NCBI GenBank assembly: GCA_965644295.1
Contig: CBFFRP010000291.1
Location: 124,001-188,000 of the forward strand
Origin: Paraphysomonas bandaiensis
Taxonomy: Eukaryota; Protista; Chrysophyceae
Direction of reading: 5' to 3'
DNA: 64,000 nucleotides
Each line of letters starts with the position of its first letter. Within the stretch, counting starts at the first letter, position 1. The position numbers and the translations under genes were made by a program. Below, in pieces: positions 51,729-64,000 of this stretch. The notes beneath the pieces were generated by a model. That model had not been told where the DNA came from, made no database searches, and saw only the letters and a list, made by a program, of their open reading frames with translations.

Positions 51729-52339
51729 TTTAGTATATCTGAGTAGTATTATTGTATATTTCTTGTAAATATATAGAAATTCAAATTACTCTCTACAAGT
51801 ACTATTCTTTAGTTGGCGCGTCATAATACCGTACTAGATATAGTGCAGAGTAAGTAACAGAAATAGTACTAAGATTTTTCTCCGATGCTATGCAGTCAAC
51901 CAGCCATCCTCTCGTCTCCTCATGACCACACAGCAAGGTTCCATGAAAAACAACTACACGCAACCACTTGTAGCAATTACTTTTCTAATACCAATTAATT
52001 CAATTTTTTCGAGGAAGTCCATGCGACCCCTCCCCTCCCTTGATAAATCATATAACCAAGAAGGGCCCATGTATACATTGCGTAGTATGTAGACCCGTCA
52101 AGTCGTTACCTGTCCCCCTCTCTCACACAACGTCTGCAGCATGTATTTGTGTATGTGTTACGCAAATAAGGTGCAGATCTAGTTAGGGTTTGCTTGGCAC
52201 TGCACACAAGAAGTACGCAGGGATACTAATGCTTATGTTCACATTGCACATTCCAATCGTCAGAATTACTATACTACGAACAATAATGATAAAAACATAT
52301 ATCAATCAATTCCGTTGTGATACAACTCTAAAACTAATA

Positions 52340-52945
52340 CTATAAATAAGTCTTCATAGTTCTCTCACGACTCAAACGCAATGGAGAGTCTGTTAACTTT
52401 GTACCGCAATACCGCACCGGGTGTCGTCTATAATCCACTTCTTTATACAACTTATTTTTCACTGCATGAGCCAGCAGAAATCGAAAGTTTGTCCAAAACT
52501 CCTCTGTGTGTCCCTCAGAAAGAGACATAACATGAGCCAGCTCGTGAATCGCTATATACCGAACCGTATTTTCATCCTCTAAATGCTGGCCATATTGTGA
52601 TGTACGAATACAAAGCACAATGAATTCTCCCTTATTAATAGAGTATGAGGTCAGATTGGACCTCCAGTTCTCCTTTATATTACCACTGCGATATCTTGAT
52701 ATCAGTCGCAGCACACGATTATCATTCTTAAATCCTCTATTCAAATGAGTACATAGAGTGTCTAGTGTTCTCCTCACACGAGCAAGAAGATCAGCAGCCT
52801 CATATTTATTATCGATATCAAGAACTGAATAAGATATATTGTCCACTTGAGATCTGATTAGATACAAACTGCGCTCTTCAGTTGCACTATAGATGATATT
52901 AGATGATAGGGAGAACCATACAATTATGGTAAATACTATGTACAT
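52340..52945 (-). CDS. NCLDV-type zinc metallopeptidase (WLM-like, HEXXH), intronless
   Basis: N-terminal TM/signal, TSYSINKGEFIVLCIR, NTVRYIAIHELAHVMS..EGHTEEFWTNFRFLL, YKEVDY…PVRYCG. This is the signature of the metallopeptidase found in mimivirus-like and phycodnavirus genomes. Confidence 0.8.
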   Translation of the reverse strand: MYIVFTIIVWFSLSSNIIYSATEERSLYLIRSQVDNISYSVLDIDNKYEAADLLARVRRTLDTLCTHLNRGFKNDNRVLRLISRYRSGNIKENWRSNLTSYSINKGEFIVLCIRTSQYGQHLEDENTVRYIAIHELAHVMSLSEGHTEEFWTNFRFLLAHAVKNKLYKEVDYRRHPVRYCGTKLTDSPLRLSRERTMKTYL

Positions 52946-52981
52946 TATACACTTAACTGATCCATACCCAACTAGACGATT

Positions 52982-53136
52982 ATCGTATCGGCAGTCAGCA
53001 TCTAATTTTTCGGAAATAAATTGAATTAAATATACTCTTTATTAATGCAATACAACTACGGCTTTAATACAGGTAATTGTTGTCTCAATAATAGAGGCAT
53101 ATATGAACAAAAATATACAAATGATGCCGACACGAT
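52982..53136 (+). mobile_element. MITE family A, copy 3
   Basis: TIR ATCGTATCGGCA…TGCCGACACGAT (11/12 match). Confidence 0.7.
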
Positions 53137-53207
53137 GTATGTATGTATGTATGTATGTATGTATGTATGTATGTATGTATGTATGTATGTATGCATGTAT
53201 GTATGTA
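53135..53207. repeat. (ATGT)n microsatellite
   Basis: About 18 nearly perfect ATGT units. Confidence 0.95.
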
Positions 53208-53512
53208 CAGTAGGTAGTATGTAGGTGTACGTGTGTATGTATGTAGGTAGGTACACATTCTCTGAATTTGATTTTTTGAATTTGGCTCTTTTTCTTCTGG
53301 GTGTATATGTATGGTATGGTATGGTATGGTGTATATGGTGCCTGGTATTCTGCTGTGTATCATCTCTATACGACATGTACAGAGTGTAGTAGTCTCTCTA
53401 GTGTCTATATGCACATAGCTACAGTCTCCATACCATACATATATATAGAACCCTTCCATCTATCGATAACATCACATACATCCCCCTATCACCCCCCTCC
53501 CATCCTCTTGTG

Positions 53513-56190
53513 ATGACAGATAAACTCTCCTTTCAACACATTGGCCTGACAGGCTACACTGTCGGAGCATTACACCTCGAATCCAGTGGCATGCAATGGA
53601 CTGATCGTTCGAACACAATCACTAAATCATTTGATGGTACATCTATTACACAAGCATTATGGACTGTATACGGAACAAAAGGACACTTAAGACTATATTT
53701 AAATGATGGAAACTTTGCGATCTTTGATGGATTCAGTAAAGAAGACAGAAACAATCTCAGCTCTGCTATGAATGAATACTATAAGATACAATTACAAGAA
53801 TCAGATGTATGTATATTCATATCTATAGTGATATATGTGTAATAATATATATATAGCCTGCTTGTGATGGAGGAAATTTTGGAGATATTGATTTGGATGG
53901 TAATAGAATGACTTTCAAGTCCGCCAAGACAGGAAAACAAGTGTTTGAGCTTGGTCTACATAATGTCTCCCAGTGTGTCCTCCCTAGAAATAACAAAGAT
54001 GAAGTGGAAATTCAATTCCATGAATCCGGTACAGTGGATAAGGAAGAAGATATGCTCGTACATGTTCGACTTCGTTTTCCTACAATTGAAAATGTTGGCA
54101 CTGAGTCTGGAGATGATGAAGATTCTACTCCGGCGGAGCAGTTCCAGAAGAAAATAATGGAGCGTGGAATGGTCAAATCCATCACTGGTAACGTTATCGC
54201 GGAGTTTACCTCAGAGCAAGGCACGTTTGTTACACCGAGAGGAAAATACACAGTTCAGATGTACTCGACATTTATGCGCATGCATGGCGCCAAGTACGAC
54301 CACAAAATTCTATATAAAGACATTGAGAGACTCTTTTTACTTAAACGGCCGGATGCTGTTAGCGCGGCGGTGGTAATTGCCCTCACTAAGCCGATCCGTC
54401 AGGGTAATCAGAAGTACCCCCATTTGGTTTTACAAACTCACCGCATGGAGTATACACTGAGTATTAACTTATCAGAAGAGGAGATTCAAGAAAAGTACGA
54501 TGGTCAGCTCTCTCCAGAAATGACACTTCCTATGTGCAATATATTTGCTAAGGTTTTTAAAGTATTATCACAGAGCAAGGTAAGTACAGCAAGGGTATAT
54601 TTCTCACGTTTCAGTCGTTTTAGCATTTATGTTCTGTCTAGTTACTAACTTATGTCCGATGAATGAATGCAGGTGTTCATATCCAAAGACTACAAAAGTG
54701 CGAGAGATGATGAGTGTGTTAAATGCTCCCACAAGGCTAACGATGGTCTCCTTTATCCCCTGACAAAGCTCATGATCTTTATTAACAAGCCTACGGCGCT
54801 TATCCAGTATTCGGACATAGAGTACTGCGAATTCCAGCGTTATATACCTAATGCACACTCCGGTAAGGCATCGTCATCGGCCTCATTGCTATTTGTTAAG
54901 ATATGTGATGTAACTATGTGTGTTTTGCCTGCACAGCAACGAAAAACTTCGACTTATTTGTAAAGCTCAAGCCCACCGCTACTGTATATGGCGATATAAA
55001 GGAATACACATTCAGTGGTATTGAGAGGCCGGAGTATGCCCAACTCAACGCATTCTTAAGCAGCAGGAAACTTGACATCCGCTCTGATGACAACGGGGCT
55101 GGAGATATGTCTCTGTTGGAGCAGTTGGGCGGGATGGAGGAGGAGAGTGAAGAAGACGATGACTATGAGAGTGAGGAGTCGTCCGATAGTGGGAGTGAGA
55201 GTGACGAAGATGATGCGGTTATTGTTGAAGAAGAAGGGATACCCTTGAAGAAGAAAAATAGAGATAAGGTATTTTCATAAAAATTAGATGTAATACACCA
55301 TTGACAAAAGTTGCTTCGATAATATGTCTACACTTTTTTATGCTCTTAGTGATATATCGTGCAGAGAGGTCGGAGTGAAAAGACGTCTAAGCGCAAGTCT
55401 GAATCCAGTGGGGTAGATACCGCATCGCCTGCACCTGAAGGACGTAAAAAGGCTCGCAAAGACCCGAATCTTCCAAAGGGCGCAAGATCCGCCTATACAT
55501 ATTTCCTAGAAGAGGTATTTAGTTATTACATTAGCATGAACTCATGTCCCTGGCATATAATTGGACTCTATTCACGCTAACACGTCATGGTGCAGCTAAA
55601 TCCGACCCTCAAGGCCGAAAATCCTGATGCCAGTTTCGGAGATATTTCTAAGCTTGCTGGGGAAAAATGGAAGGCGATGTCTGCGGAGGAGAAGGAGAAA
55701 TATGAAGCTTTAGCGAGCTCTGACAAAGACCGATATGCTCAGGAGATGGCAGAGTATACCCCTGCTGATGGTTACGGTGATGATGGGAAGGCGCTGGGAT
55801 CTACAGGTGGTAGCAAAGTCACTAAGAGGAAACGTGAAAAAGACAAGAATGCACCGAAAGGTACGGCTATGATTTAATGGATCTGGCATAAAAAATCATG
55901 CAGGTGCTTCGTCGGCATATATCATCTTCTCGACGAAGAACCGTCAGGCTATTAAGGATGAGAACCCGGAAATGACGAACACTGATATCGTAAAGGAGAC
56001 AGGTGCTCGTTGGAGAGCTATGACTGCTGAGGAAAAGGCTCCTTATGAAGAGTTGAGTCAAGCAGACAGATCAAGGTACGAGAGTGAGATGGAAGCCTAT
56101 AAACAGAAAAAAAGTGAAGCCGCGGACTCTGACGCTGAAGGGGGAGATGATGACGACGAGCCTATGGACGAGAGTGACGCGGAGGACTAG
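53513..56190 (+). CDS. SSRP1: FACT complex subunit SSRP1 with two HMG boxes
   Basis: N-terminal PH-like domain (FDGF), GGNFG, KDEVEIQFHE, TPRGKYTVQMY, PIRQGNQKYPHLV, KCSHKANDGLLYPL, FINKP, acidic tract, then KDPNLPKGARSAY…GEKWKAMS and KDKNAPKGASSAY…GARWRAMT. Confidence 0.93.
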
Positions 56191-57055
56191 AAAAAATTAG
56201 GGTAGTTAGGTTATATTGCAACGTCTCTGCCCGTGTGACATTCGTTATAAGATAATTTATCGTAGTGTTGAAACGTTATTCAAAATTTTGGTGTTGAATC
56301 AAACAATTGATCTTACATTCTACTTCCACATGAATATGTCATAAAGAGCCCCCTACCAGTAATTAAACACTGAAACATAACGCGGAATTAAACACACTCT
56401 TTAAATACTAGCTATGCCTACTGATATTGATTAGTGAATGTCTTATTATTAGCTATATGTATTTAAGAGTCAGAACTAATTTAGCATTGCAATGTAACTA
56501 ACTAGTGCTTAACTCTGACATTATTATTACGTTTCTAGTTTCTATAGCCCTTACTCCCTACTTTTGGCTTACCCTTTATTCCGAATTCCGATAATTCTTC
56601 TTTTGTTAAGTGTGTACTCTTATAATTGCGGTTATGACAACGATTTCCATGCTGTATCAGGCAACATAACTGCAATACATGTATATATTCATATATTCCA
56701 CTGAGTCAAGGAGTAGGCGCATAGCTGCCTTTAAGTTTATTAAGAAACAGAAATAGTTTGATCTTTAAGATATGTTTAGTAACGAGAGGTTCACAAAACG
56801 AGATTGTGTTGTTTGTCACAATTCGTGCAGACGATATCAATTAACCTATCTAGGCTAACGACAAAGTCTCTGAGATCTAGTTAAGAATGAGTTAACTAAC
56901 TTGATAAGAACTCGCTGTGTCCCTGATTGATACACTATTTAATCTTAATCATATAAGTAAGCAGAAAAGCAAATAATAATAAAAAACTATTCATAGACTC
57001 AACATTTCTCGCAGTAGCAGAATAGTTTCAACTTAAAAAACTGCACGTACGTATA

Positions 57056-60000
57056 TTAACCTATTTTCTCAAGGATGTCCTTCAGAAGACCCTCAATTTT
57101 TTCGTTAGACTCTTCAAGGCGCAGAAGCTTTGCTTCAAGACTACTGTCCTGAACAAAAGCATCGTTTACCTCGTCGTCATACATGCGGTAAAAAATACGG
57201 TCTTCACAAAACTTTTCTTCGTCAGTCATCTCGCCTAGATTTTCAATAATTAGTGAAGTCTGCTCCAACCGCCACTGTGCAAGACCTTTTTCTTTTACAC
57301 TTCCTGAAAAATAAGTATGAGATGAATGTACATAGTAACAGCGTAGTACATGAAACCACGACGATCAAATGTACACCTTACCATAGCTGTCACCCATAAG
57401 AGCAATCAAAAGATTTAGCAGTAGAATTGAAACAATCAGCATATACACTGCCGATAAAAACAGTCCATAGCTTTTCATGGAATATGACAGACCATCAAAA
57501 GCTTCTGGATCGAACCCACCCAGCATGAAGGAGAAAGAATTTATCAGTGAGCCATCAATTGAAGCGAAAGCTAAATCATCATCAACAGTAGAAATCAACC
57601 AAAAAGCTTGTGAAAATCCCAGCAATACAACAAAAACGACAAACATGAGAGCCTGCATGTCGTGTGCAATTCGTAGAATCATTGACACTGCAAAAGAAGC
57701 GACAATTACACATATCACACAAATATGAAGACTTCATACCTAGTGGCCCAGTCGCTTCAAACGCTCGCAAATAATACAGTGTTTGAAACCACCTAGACAC
57801 CAATATTATACAAGAAAATCTCACGTACTCTTCATCATTATACTTACATGCATATAGAATTTATACTGAGAAGAACTCGTGAGATTTGATTATCATCCCA
57901 ATAAACAAGCCTTACGATGTTTCCACATAATCCCGATATTATAATAGTCATTTCAATTTGATTCCAAACTTCTGAAAAATAACCCCCAGAGAGGTCTGTG
58001 AGCGTATTAAATTCGTTAAGCTCAGATTTCGCAATATAAACAGTGAGCAATAGTTGTAGTGCGATCAAACACAATGACACAGGCCAGTACGACGTATCTT
58101 TTAAATCACTGAAAGTATATACTGATATGGCACCGATTACCACGTATATGTAGTACACAGCCATCTCATAAATATGAACGGTTCTTCCAAACTTTCGCCA
58201 GGCATAGCTGAGAGCCATTTGTCCGACATCTGAGTCAAATATAGCAACGTTATCCAATTCATCACATACATCCGACATCGCTTGTAGCATAGATGTATGC
58301 GCCAAATGGGGCAAAGGCAAGTATTTATACACAACATCACGATGCTTGCAATGGGAATTGTTAGTATTTTTGTCCACAACTTTAGAGCTGTACATCTTCA
58401 GCCCGATCTCTTTGCTATCTTTCTCATACAAGAAGAAATCTCCATCTTTAATGGATTTTCTACGAGATGTTGGTTGAAGTTTGATACTACAAATGAGCCT
58501 AGAAAACTCCGCCGGGTATTCTCTTGATAACAGCAGCAGGTCTTCTCTCTGCAATTCAGCATTTTCATCATATAGAAGATCATCATCCCCAGAAGGTGTG
58601 GATGTTAAGAAATGTATCCAACATGATACAATAGCGGAAACGGCGTGAGACTCATTTGCCGCAATAGCCATTGCCAGTAAGCTAGCCTCCACGCCGACTT
58701 CCTTACATGGCTTACTACTATTCGATTTCACGAGACCAATGCGGGTTTGAGGCAAAAATTCTAAGACGAATTCTATTTTGACTCGTTCAATGGCAAGTTT
58801 GAAAAGATATGAGTAATGAACAAAAAACGCTTCTGCACCGACTTCATTAACTAATTGAGACACTCTTGGCCAAGAGCTATCATATTCTCTAAGTGCCTCA
58901 GCCATGACATGACTATTCTTTTGTTCACTGTCGAATTCAAACGCTTGTCTCACAAAATCTTTGTTTGGTAGGGTACCAAGGAAGTCAAACGAAATGCGTA
59001 CAGTAGAGTCGGCTGAAGAACTCGCCACGGCAGGGTCGCCGTCGCATGGACAGAATATAGCGACCGATGTGACTTCGGCGGTATGTCCTTCAATTGTCTT
59101 GATATGCTTAAATGTCTTGAGGGAATAAACTCTAATCGTCATGTCCTAGACGTGTTCATTAAATAGTTTTAAGCTTGCACATAATATACAGCAATGTACT
59201 AATACCTCTAGTCAACGATATTCAAAATAATAAATATATAAGTAATAGACATGACGCATCGCTTACCCACGAACTGCTTACAAGTACTGGATACTGTCCC
59301 TCAATATCACGCATAGCAATCGACTGAATTTCATCTGTGTGTCCATACAGAGTGTGTTTAAGTGTATAAGGTTCCTCTAGTGACCAAATACGTATAACAC
59401 CATTGATATCTCCAGCAGCGACAATCGGACCATTGGGAAGGTTGAGAGTAGCCAAAGAGGTAAGGGGTGCATCACTATCATCCAAGTCGGCTAAAATATT
59501 TCCATCGCAAGACCACAATAAAATATTAGTATCAACTCCAGCACTTAGAAGAATGGGCTCGGTAGAAATATTACAATTTAGAGGAAGTTGATGTTTCTTT
59601 CCTGACCGACTGGAGGATGGGACACTTCCCCCAAGTTTTTTAGTGCGAGGTTTCGGTATATGAATATATGCGCACACGGCTGTAACATCAAAAGTGTGCG
59701 AATCCAATACATGTTGACATTTACCAGTTTTCAAGCACCACATTCTCATGGTATTGTCTTCGCTTCCGGTCAAGAAAAATGGATCAACAGCTCTAATTTT
59801 AACACCGTCAATAACCTGCTCGGAGACGCCATTGAACGAAAATATGTTTGTAATAGGGCCATCATGTCCTGTTATATCCGGCCCAATTTTATTTCCTTCC
59901 CATAATTCATACATACGAATAATATTATCTCTTCCAGCACAAATAACAATATCTTGTGAAATGTCAATAACGTCTGTACCGTCTTCAGAAATAGGAGGTT

Positions 60001-61486
60001 GGAAAATATCAGAGGTGTATATAGCCACAGCACGCAATCGCTGGCTCGACACCTTTTTTGACCATACTTCTTCACTTCCACGTAGTTTCTGGGATATTTC
60101 ATACATCCGAAGCGTACCATCCTCAGATACTGTAACTACTGCTACGCACTCAGCATCACAGTACACTGCCATATCGTTGACACGGTTCCTTGATTCTTCT
60201 ACAACCGAATTTTGTGCAGTAGAACTTAAGCCTTCTTTCGTTCGAGATTCGTCCGTAATCTTCAACGCTGGTTTCAACTCAAGAAGACTCATTTCTTCAG
60301 CAAACAACCATGTTCTCAGAGTAGTATCTTTGCTTCCCGAAACAAGGATAATATCACCCTTATTTTCCGGAGATTCTAAACAAGTTACAGCGAGAGCTTC
60401 CTCCGTATGACCTTTAAACACCCTCAGCAGCTCTCCCGTTTCCAATGACCAAACTCTTATATTGCCGTTTGCACACGAGCTTACCACAATGGCATTCTCA
60501 TCGTCTGAGGAGCATAGTGCTATGTCTGTGATAGTCTCCTGATGGCCTTTGAGTGAACGAACTAAGTCGCCCGACTTATAGGACCAAATGCGAATTACAA
60601 AGTCTCGACAAATTGTTAAAATATACGTGGTAGAGTTACTTTTGCTATGATGCACAGCAATGTGCTTGATACGTGAGGGGTTGTTTTGAATTTCTTTTAC
60701 AGGTACGGAGTTTCCAGATTGGTCTGGAGGTGCTAATTTCCACACTCGTATCACGCGGTCCTTTCCCCCACTAAACAACAGTGGGCCGTTTTCGGGGCAT
60801 ATAAATACATCCAAGCATAAAACCCATGTTATAATAGCAGGATTCATGATAACATACATGTGCTCTCCTTTACTCATAGACCAAACGCGTATGGTTGCGT
60901 CTGTACTAGCGCTCACTATCACAGGGCTCTCACTCGACATTTCCACTATTTTCACTGCAGTTATTCGATTCGTGTGATATCCTGTTAACTCGAACAGATG
61001 TTTCCTAGGGGATGCATCTGATTCTGAGGTGGAGGAGGGAAGAGACCACACCCGTATCGACTCATCCCAACTACCCGTTACAGCCATTGGGCCCGTAGAC
61101 GCAGAGTAGTATGAATCTAACGTAACTACTCGTTGTGTATGTCCTTTAAGCGTTGCTATACGTGTCCCATGTTTTAATGACCATATAAGCACTTGTTTAT
61201 CTTCTCCACCACTCAATACAAGTGTATCTAATGCCTCTGGTAATGATAGAGTGGTGACTGAAAGTATCGCACTCTGATGACCTTTATACGTTATTCTAGG
61301 CGCTTTAATCGACTCCACTCCTTCAGATACACGAAACGCACTTATACGCTTACGACCACTTCGACTTGAGGTGTCTGCATTGCCATTAGAGTCTAATGAA
61401 TCCTCTCTATGAAATTGTGGTGGGTTGATACTAGGCAGTTGTTTAGGATATAACTTAGTACCACTTTCCGCGTGTACTTTTGCCAT
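57056..61486 (-). CDS. WD40-repeat / TRP-like cation channel fusion
   Basis: About 14 WD40 repeats (GH…SGS.D..IRVW) splice in frame (…VSSSW|DMTIRVY) to a 6-TM channel: AWRKFGR, S1-S4, YYLRAFEATGPL, pore SFMLGGFD, S6 ILLLNLLIALMGDSY, TRP-like helix GLAQWRLEQ and a C-terminal coiled coil. Confidence 0.82.
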
Positions 61487-61957
61487 AGTGATATATACGA
61501 CAATGCTAATGAAGTCGAAGTGTGAAGTTACTATGAAGTTAAATCAAAGTCGAAGTGTGAAGTTAGTGTATCCAATAAGCCGACTGGCTGTTACAAATAT
61601 CTTTTATATAGTAGTATACGGATAGTGTATTCTACTGAACTATAATAATCCTACAGGTGTACGATGGTCATATATCACGTACGATACACTGTAGTCATAA
61701 AAAGGGATGAGATACATAGCTATGAGCTGTGTGGGATGTTCCATACATTATACGCATCAATCTACACACTAGTTTACAGCAATATCAATACAAATACGAC
61801 CTTTCAACCCTCTCATGTTGTAAAGGACACTGCTATGGCATATTTGAAGTGATTACAATGGGGTAGATATCCATTGTCATACAGTATACAAGATCACTAG
61901 TAGCATGAGGTTGTTATTAAGGATATCTGGTCCAAATATTCATCTTTCGCTTGTATC

Positions 61958-63025
61958 ATGAGTGAGTGGTCAGATTCTGTAGTGGCAATGTTTGCCGTGT
62001 CAGTAGTGATCCTGGTGGCAGAAGTATACATTCTTCTATTCAGAATAGCATATACTCATGTTAAGGTGGCATCAGGGCGACGTATAAGGTTTATGGAGTA
62101 TATTGGTATGTCGAGCATTGTTACATCGGTGCTATACACCATTATAGCTCTATGTCTGGTTATATTGACTCAGAAACCTGATAAAGTGGCATGTGAAGTA
62201 TCCATCTTTCTATGTATATTTTTGTACGCCTCCAGCAAAATTCAGATATACCTATTCCTGGTAGAAAAGTCGCATCTAGTTCAAAATAATAGAGTGCGAA
62301 GATCAGATTCGAACTTATACAAGTTGAATGTAATGCTCTTACTTCCATACATTGGGGTACTGGTCCTCATGGTTATTTATCGGATTAATAAAGTAGATAG
62401 TCAAGGTCACTGCGTAATAGGCCTCTATGAAGAAAGTTCAATTCCATTACTCATCTATGATACAGTGTTCAGTGTCTACATGTTGACTCTCTTCTTATAT
62501 CCTTTACTTGCTGTACCAAGCCTAAAGTCGAGCTCCACGGGCAAATATGCAAAGAAAAATTTAGTTGGAGCTACTATATCAACTGTCAGTTCATTCGTTA
62601 ACATTTTTACTATATATGCATCCCACGGATCACTTCGGGGCCACGAATGCTTGTTTTACTGCTTGTGTGATGTGTTTGTGAATGTCGTGGTTCTGAACTG
62701 GCTTCTGGGGGGAATGGATGGATGCTGTAGACGCAATGAGGATGTTCAATGCATTAGCCCTACTTCTATGCCGGACGTACCAGCCAGAGAGGAGTCCTCG
62801 GTTTTCCCTGATCGCTTCACCCAACCTCCCTCGAGTAATCCAACTACTACAAGCTCAGGTCGCCAATTTTTTCCGCCCGGGACTCCAGTGGAAGGAGATC
62901 GTGCAGAGTCGATCCTATCTGTGTTCCAGAAGATACTGTTTCGCCGAACACAATCATCTGTCACCCCATTGCCTACGAATGAAGATAAAACTGTAACAAA
63001 ACGGCAAATTGAGTTTGTAGTGTAA
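61958..63025 (+). CDS. 7-TM GPCR-like membrane protein, intronless
   Basis: Seven hydrophobic segments; Cys at the top of TM3 (VACEV) and in ECL2 (GHCVIG); motifs Y..SK..IYLFLVEK and PLLIYD….Y….LFLYPL; Ser/Pro-rich tail. Confidence 0.7.
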   Translation: MSEWSDSVVAMFAVSVVILVAEVYILLFRIAYTHVKVASGRRIRFMEYIGMSSIVTSVLYTIIALCLVILTQKPDKVACEVSIFLCIFLYASSKIQIYLFLVEKSHLVQNNRVRRSDSNLYKLNVMLLLPYIGVLVLMVIYRINKVDSQGHCVIGLYEESSIPLLIYDTVFSVYMLTLFLYPLLAVPSLKSSSTGKYAKKNLVGATISTVSSFVNIFTIYASHGSLRGHECLFYCLCDVFVNVVVLNWLLGGMDGCCRRNEDVQCISPTSMPDVPAREESSVFPDRFTQPPSSNPTTTSSGRQFFPPGTPVEGDRAESILSVFQKILFRRTQSSVTPLPTNEDKTVTKRQIEFVV

Positions 63026-63668
63026 CGAAACGTATAGTTTCGATATTGTGTGTATGGTGTTACTTGATGCTTTAAATCGAGTAAAATTTGTCTAAAAATA
63101 AGATAGGAATGTAGGATTGCATATATTACATTGTTTTAAATGTTTGTCCTGGGAAATGCTTACTTTTGTGCAGTTGGATTTCTCTGAAAATAAAAGATAA
63201 TAATACGCTGAACCTGAAGTGACTTTTTAACATTATACAGTCAACCCGGCCACACCAACACTGAATGAGTAGTTTTAATAAAGGAAAGGTTGACATTATT
63301 AAACTGGCCCTGTGAAGTTAAGCTGTACCAAAGTTTCCAAGGCAAGAGGGCTGCTTGTCATTTACAGCATGTTTAAGCATTTCAACCACTTAGTACTTAG
63401 TAGTGGTTAAAATATTACAAAGTCATATTATTACAAAAGTCAATTGATTGTCAATTATTGAAATCGGGACATCAAATCATAATTGCAATTGTATTTGATG
63501 CTTCAATTAAGTTGAAATACTTCCAATGTATTTCGGTTTGATTGTTGATGGGTAGACGTACAGCAATTTTTAAAATATATTTTCTCGACAAGGATGACAA
63601 AGGTGATGACAGTGAGAGTCTAGCTCAGAATGACTGCTGGTAGCAACATTAGACTTATCGTAGCAGGC

Positions 63669-63952
63669 TGCCCCATTCTGAGCGCGTACTTAGGTAGAGC
63701 CTGGTGGGGGCCGGGTGGGTACCTAACTAATACTTGATTTAAGTCCCATACGTTATTTGCTAGCTACCTACTGAACCCAACTAGCTACATCATTATCACA
63801 CGGTATTCAGCGCTGAATATGCAGTGAGACCCCGAGTGGGGAACTGCTGAACTGAGCAATGTGTACATAGATAGAAGTGCGCGGTCGCAACACTCAGCAG
63901 CACCCACTAGAGGGCCGCACGCAGTAATTAGTTACGCTGTCAATATGGGGCA
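63669..63952 (+). mobile_element. MITE-like family B, copy 3
   Basis: TIR TGCCCCATTCTGA…TCAATATGGGGCA; high similarity to 29963-30235. Similarity to copy 2 may extend beyond the TIR. Confidence 0.7.
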
Positions 63953-64000
63953 CCCCCCATCCCCTTTAAATCTACGCATACCATACACACAAAAACAAGC

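Noticed and set aside
43165-52945. Possible endogenous giant-virus segment (ankyrin + metallopeptidase)
   Set aside because: No NCLDV core genes (capsid, PolB, packaging ATPase), and the intervening genes are intron-containing and host-like.
53056-53459. ORFs with HTYI repeats
   Set aside because: Translation of the (ATGT)n microsatellite and MITE.
59748-60410. 220-aa plus-strand ORF
   Set aside because: Antisense shadow of the WD40 exon.

Overview
Gene-dense eukaryotic genomic DNA with short (~45-75 nt) GT-AG introns; gene style suggests a protist, plausibly a stramenopile (inference). About 18 protein genes: a head-to-head pair of NudE-like genes (one fused to a kinesin-14 motor), AGC-type kinase, PITHD1, a C-type lectin receptor, an AIR9-type Ig-domain protein, threonine dehydrogenase, two Qb-SNAREs, LARP4, an F-box/ankyrin-repeat protein, two hypothetical proteins, a giant-virus-type metallopeptidase, SSRP1 with two HMG boxes, a WD40-TRP channel and a 7TM protein. 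There is also a U1 snRNA gene and a ~200-nt hairpin that the ORF track does not explain, and a small TE landscape: hAT remnants, a non-LTR retroelement family with 11-, 15- and 85-bp target-site duplications, and MITEs. The standout is a ~2283-aa protein (21702-28665, minus) with 13 CCCH zinc fingers, an intact DEAH RNA helicase, RRM/KH-like domains, RING-IBR, a PARP-like ADP-ribosyltransferase and two WWE domains. It is a candidate single-chain RNA-sensing ADP-ribosylation/ubiquitination (antiviral-type) system. All domain calls are by eye from motifs; no database searches were run.
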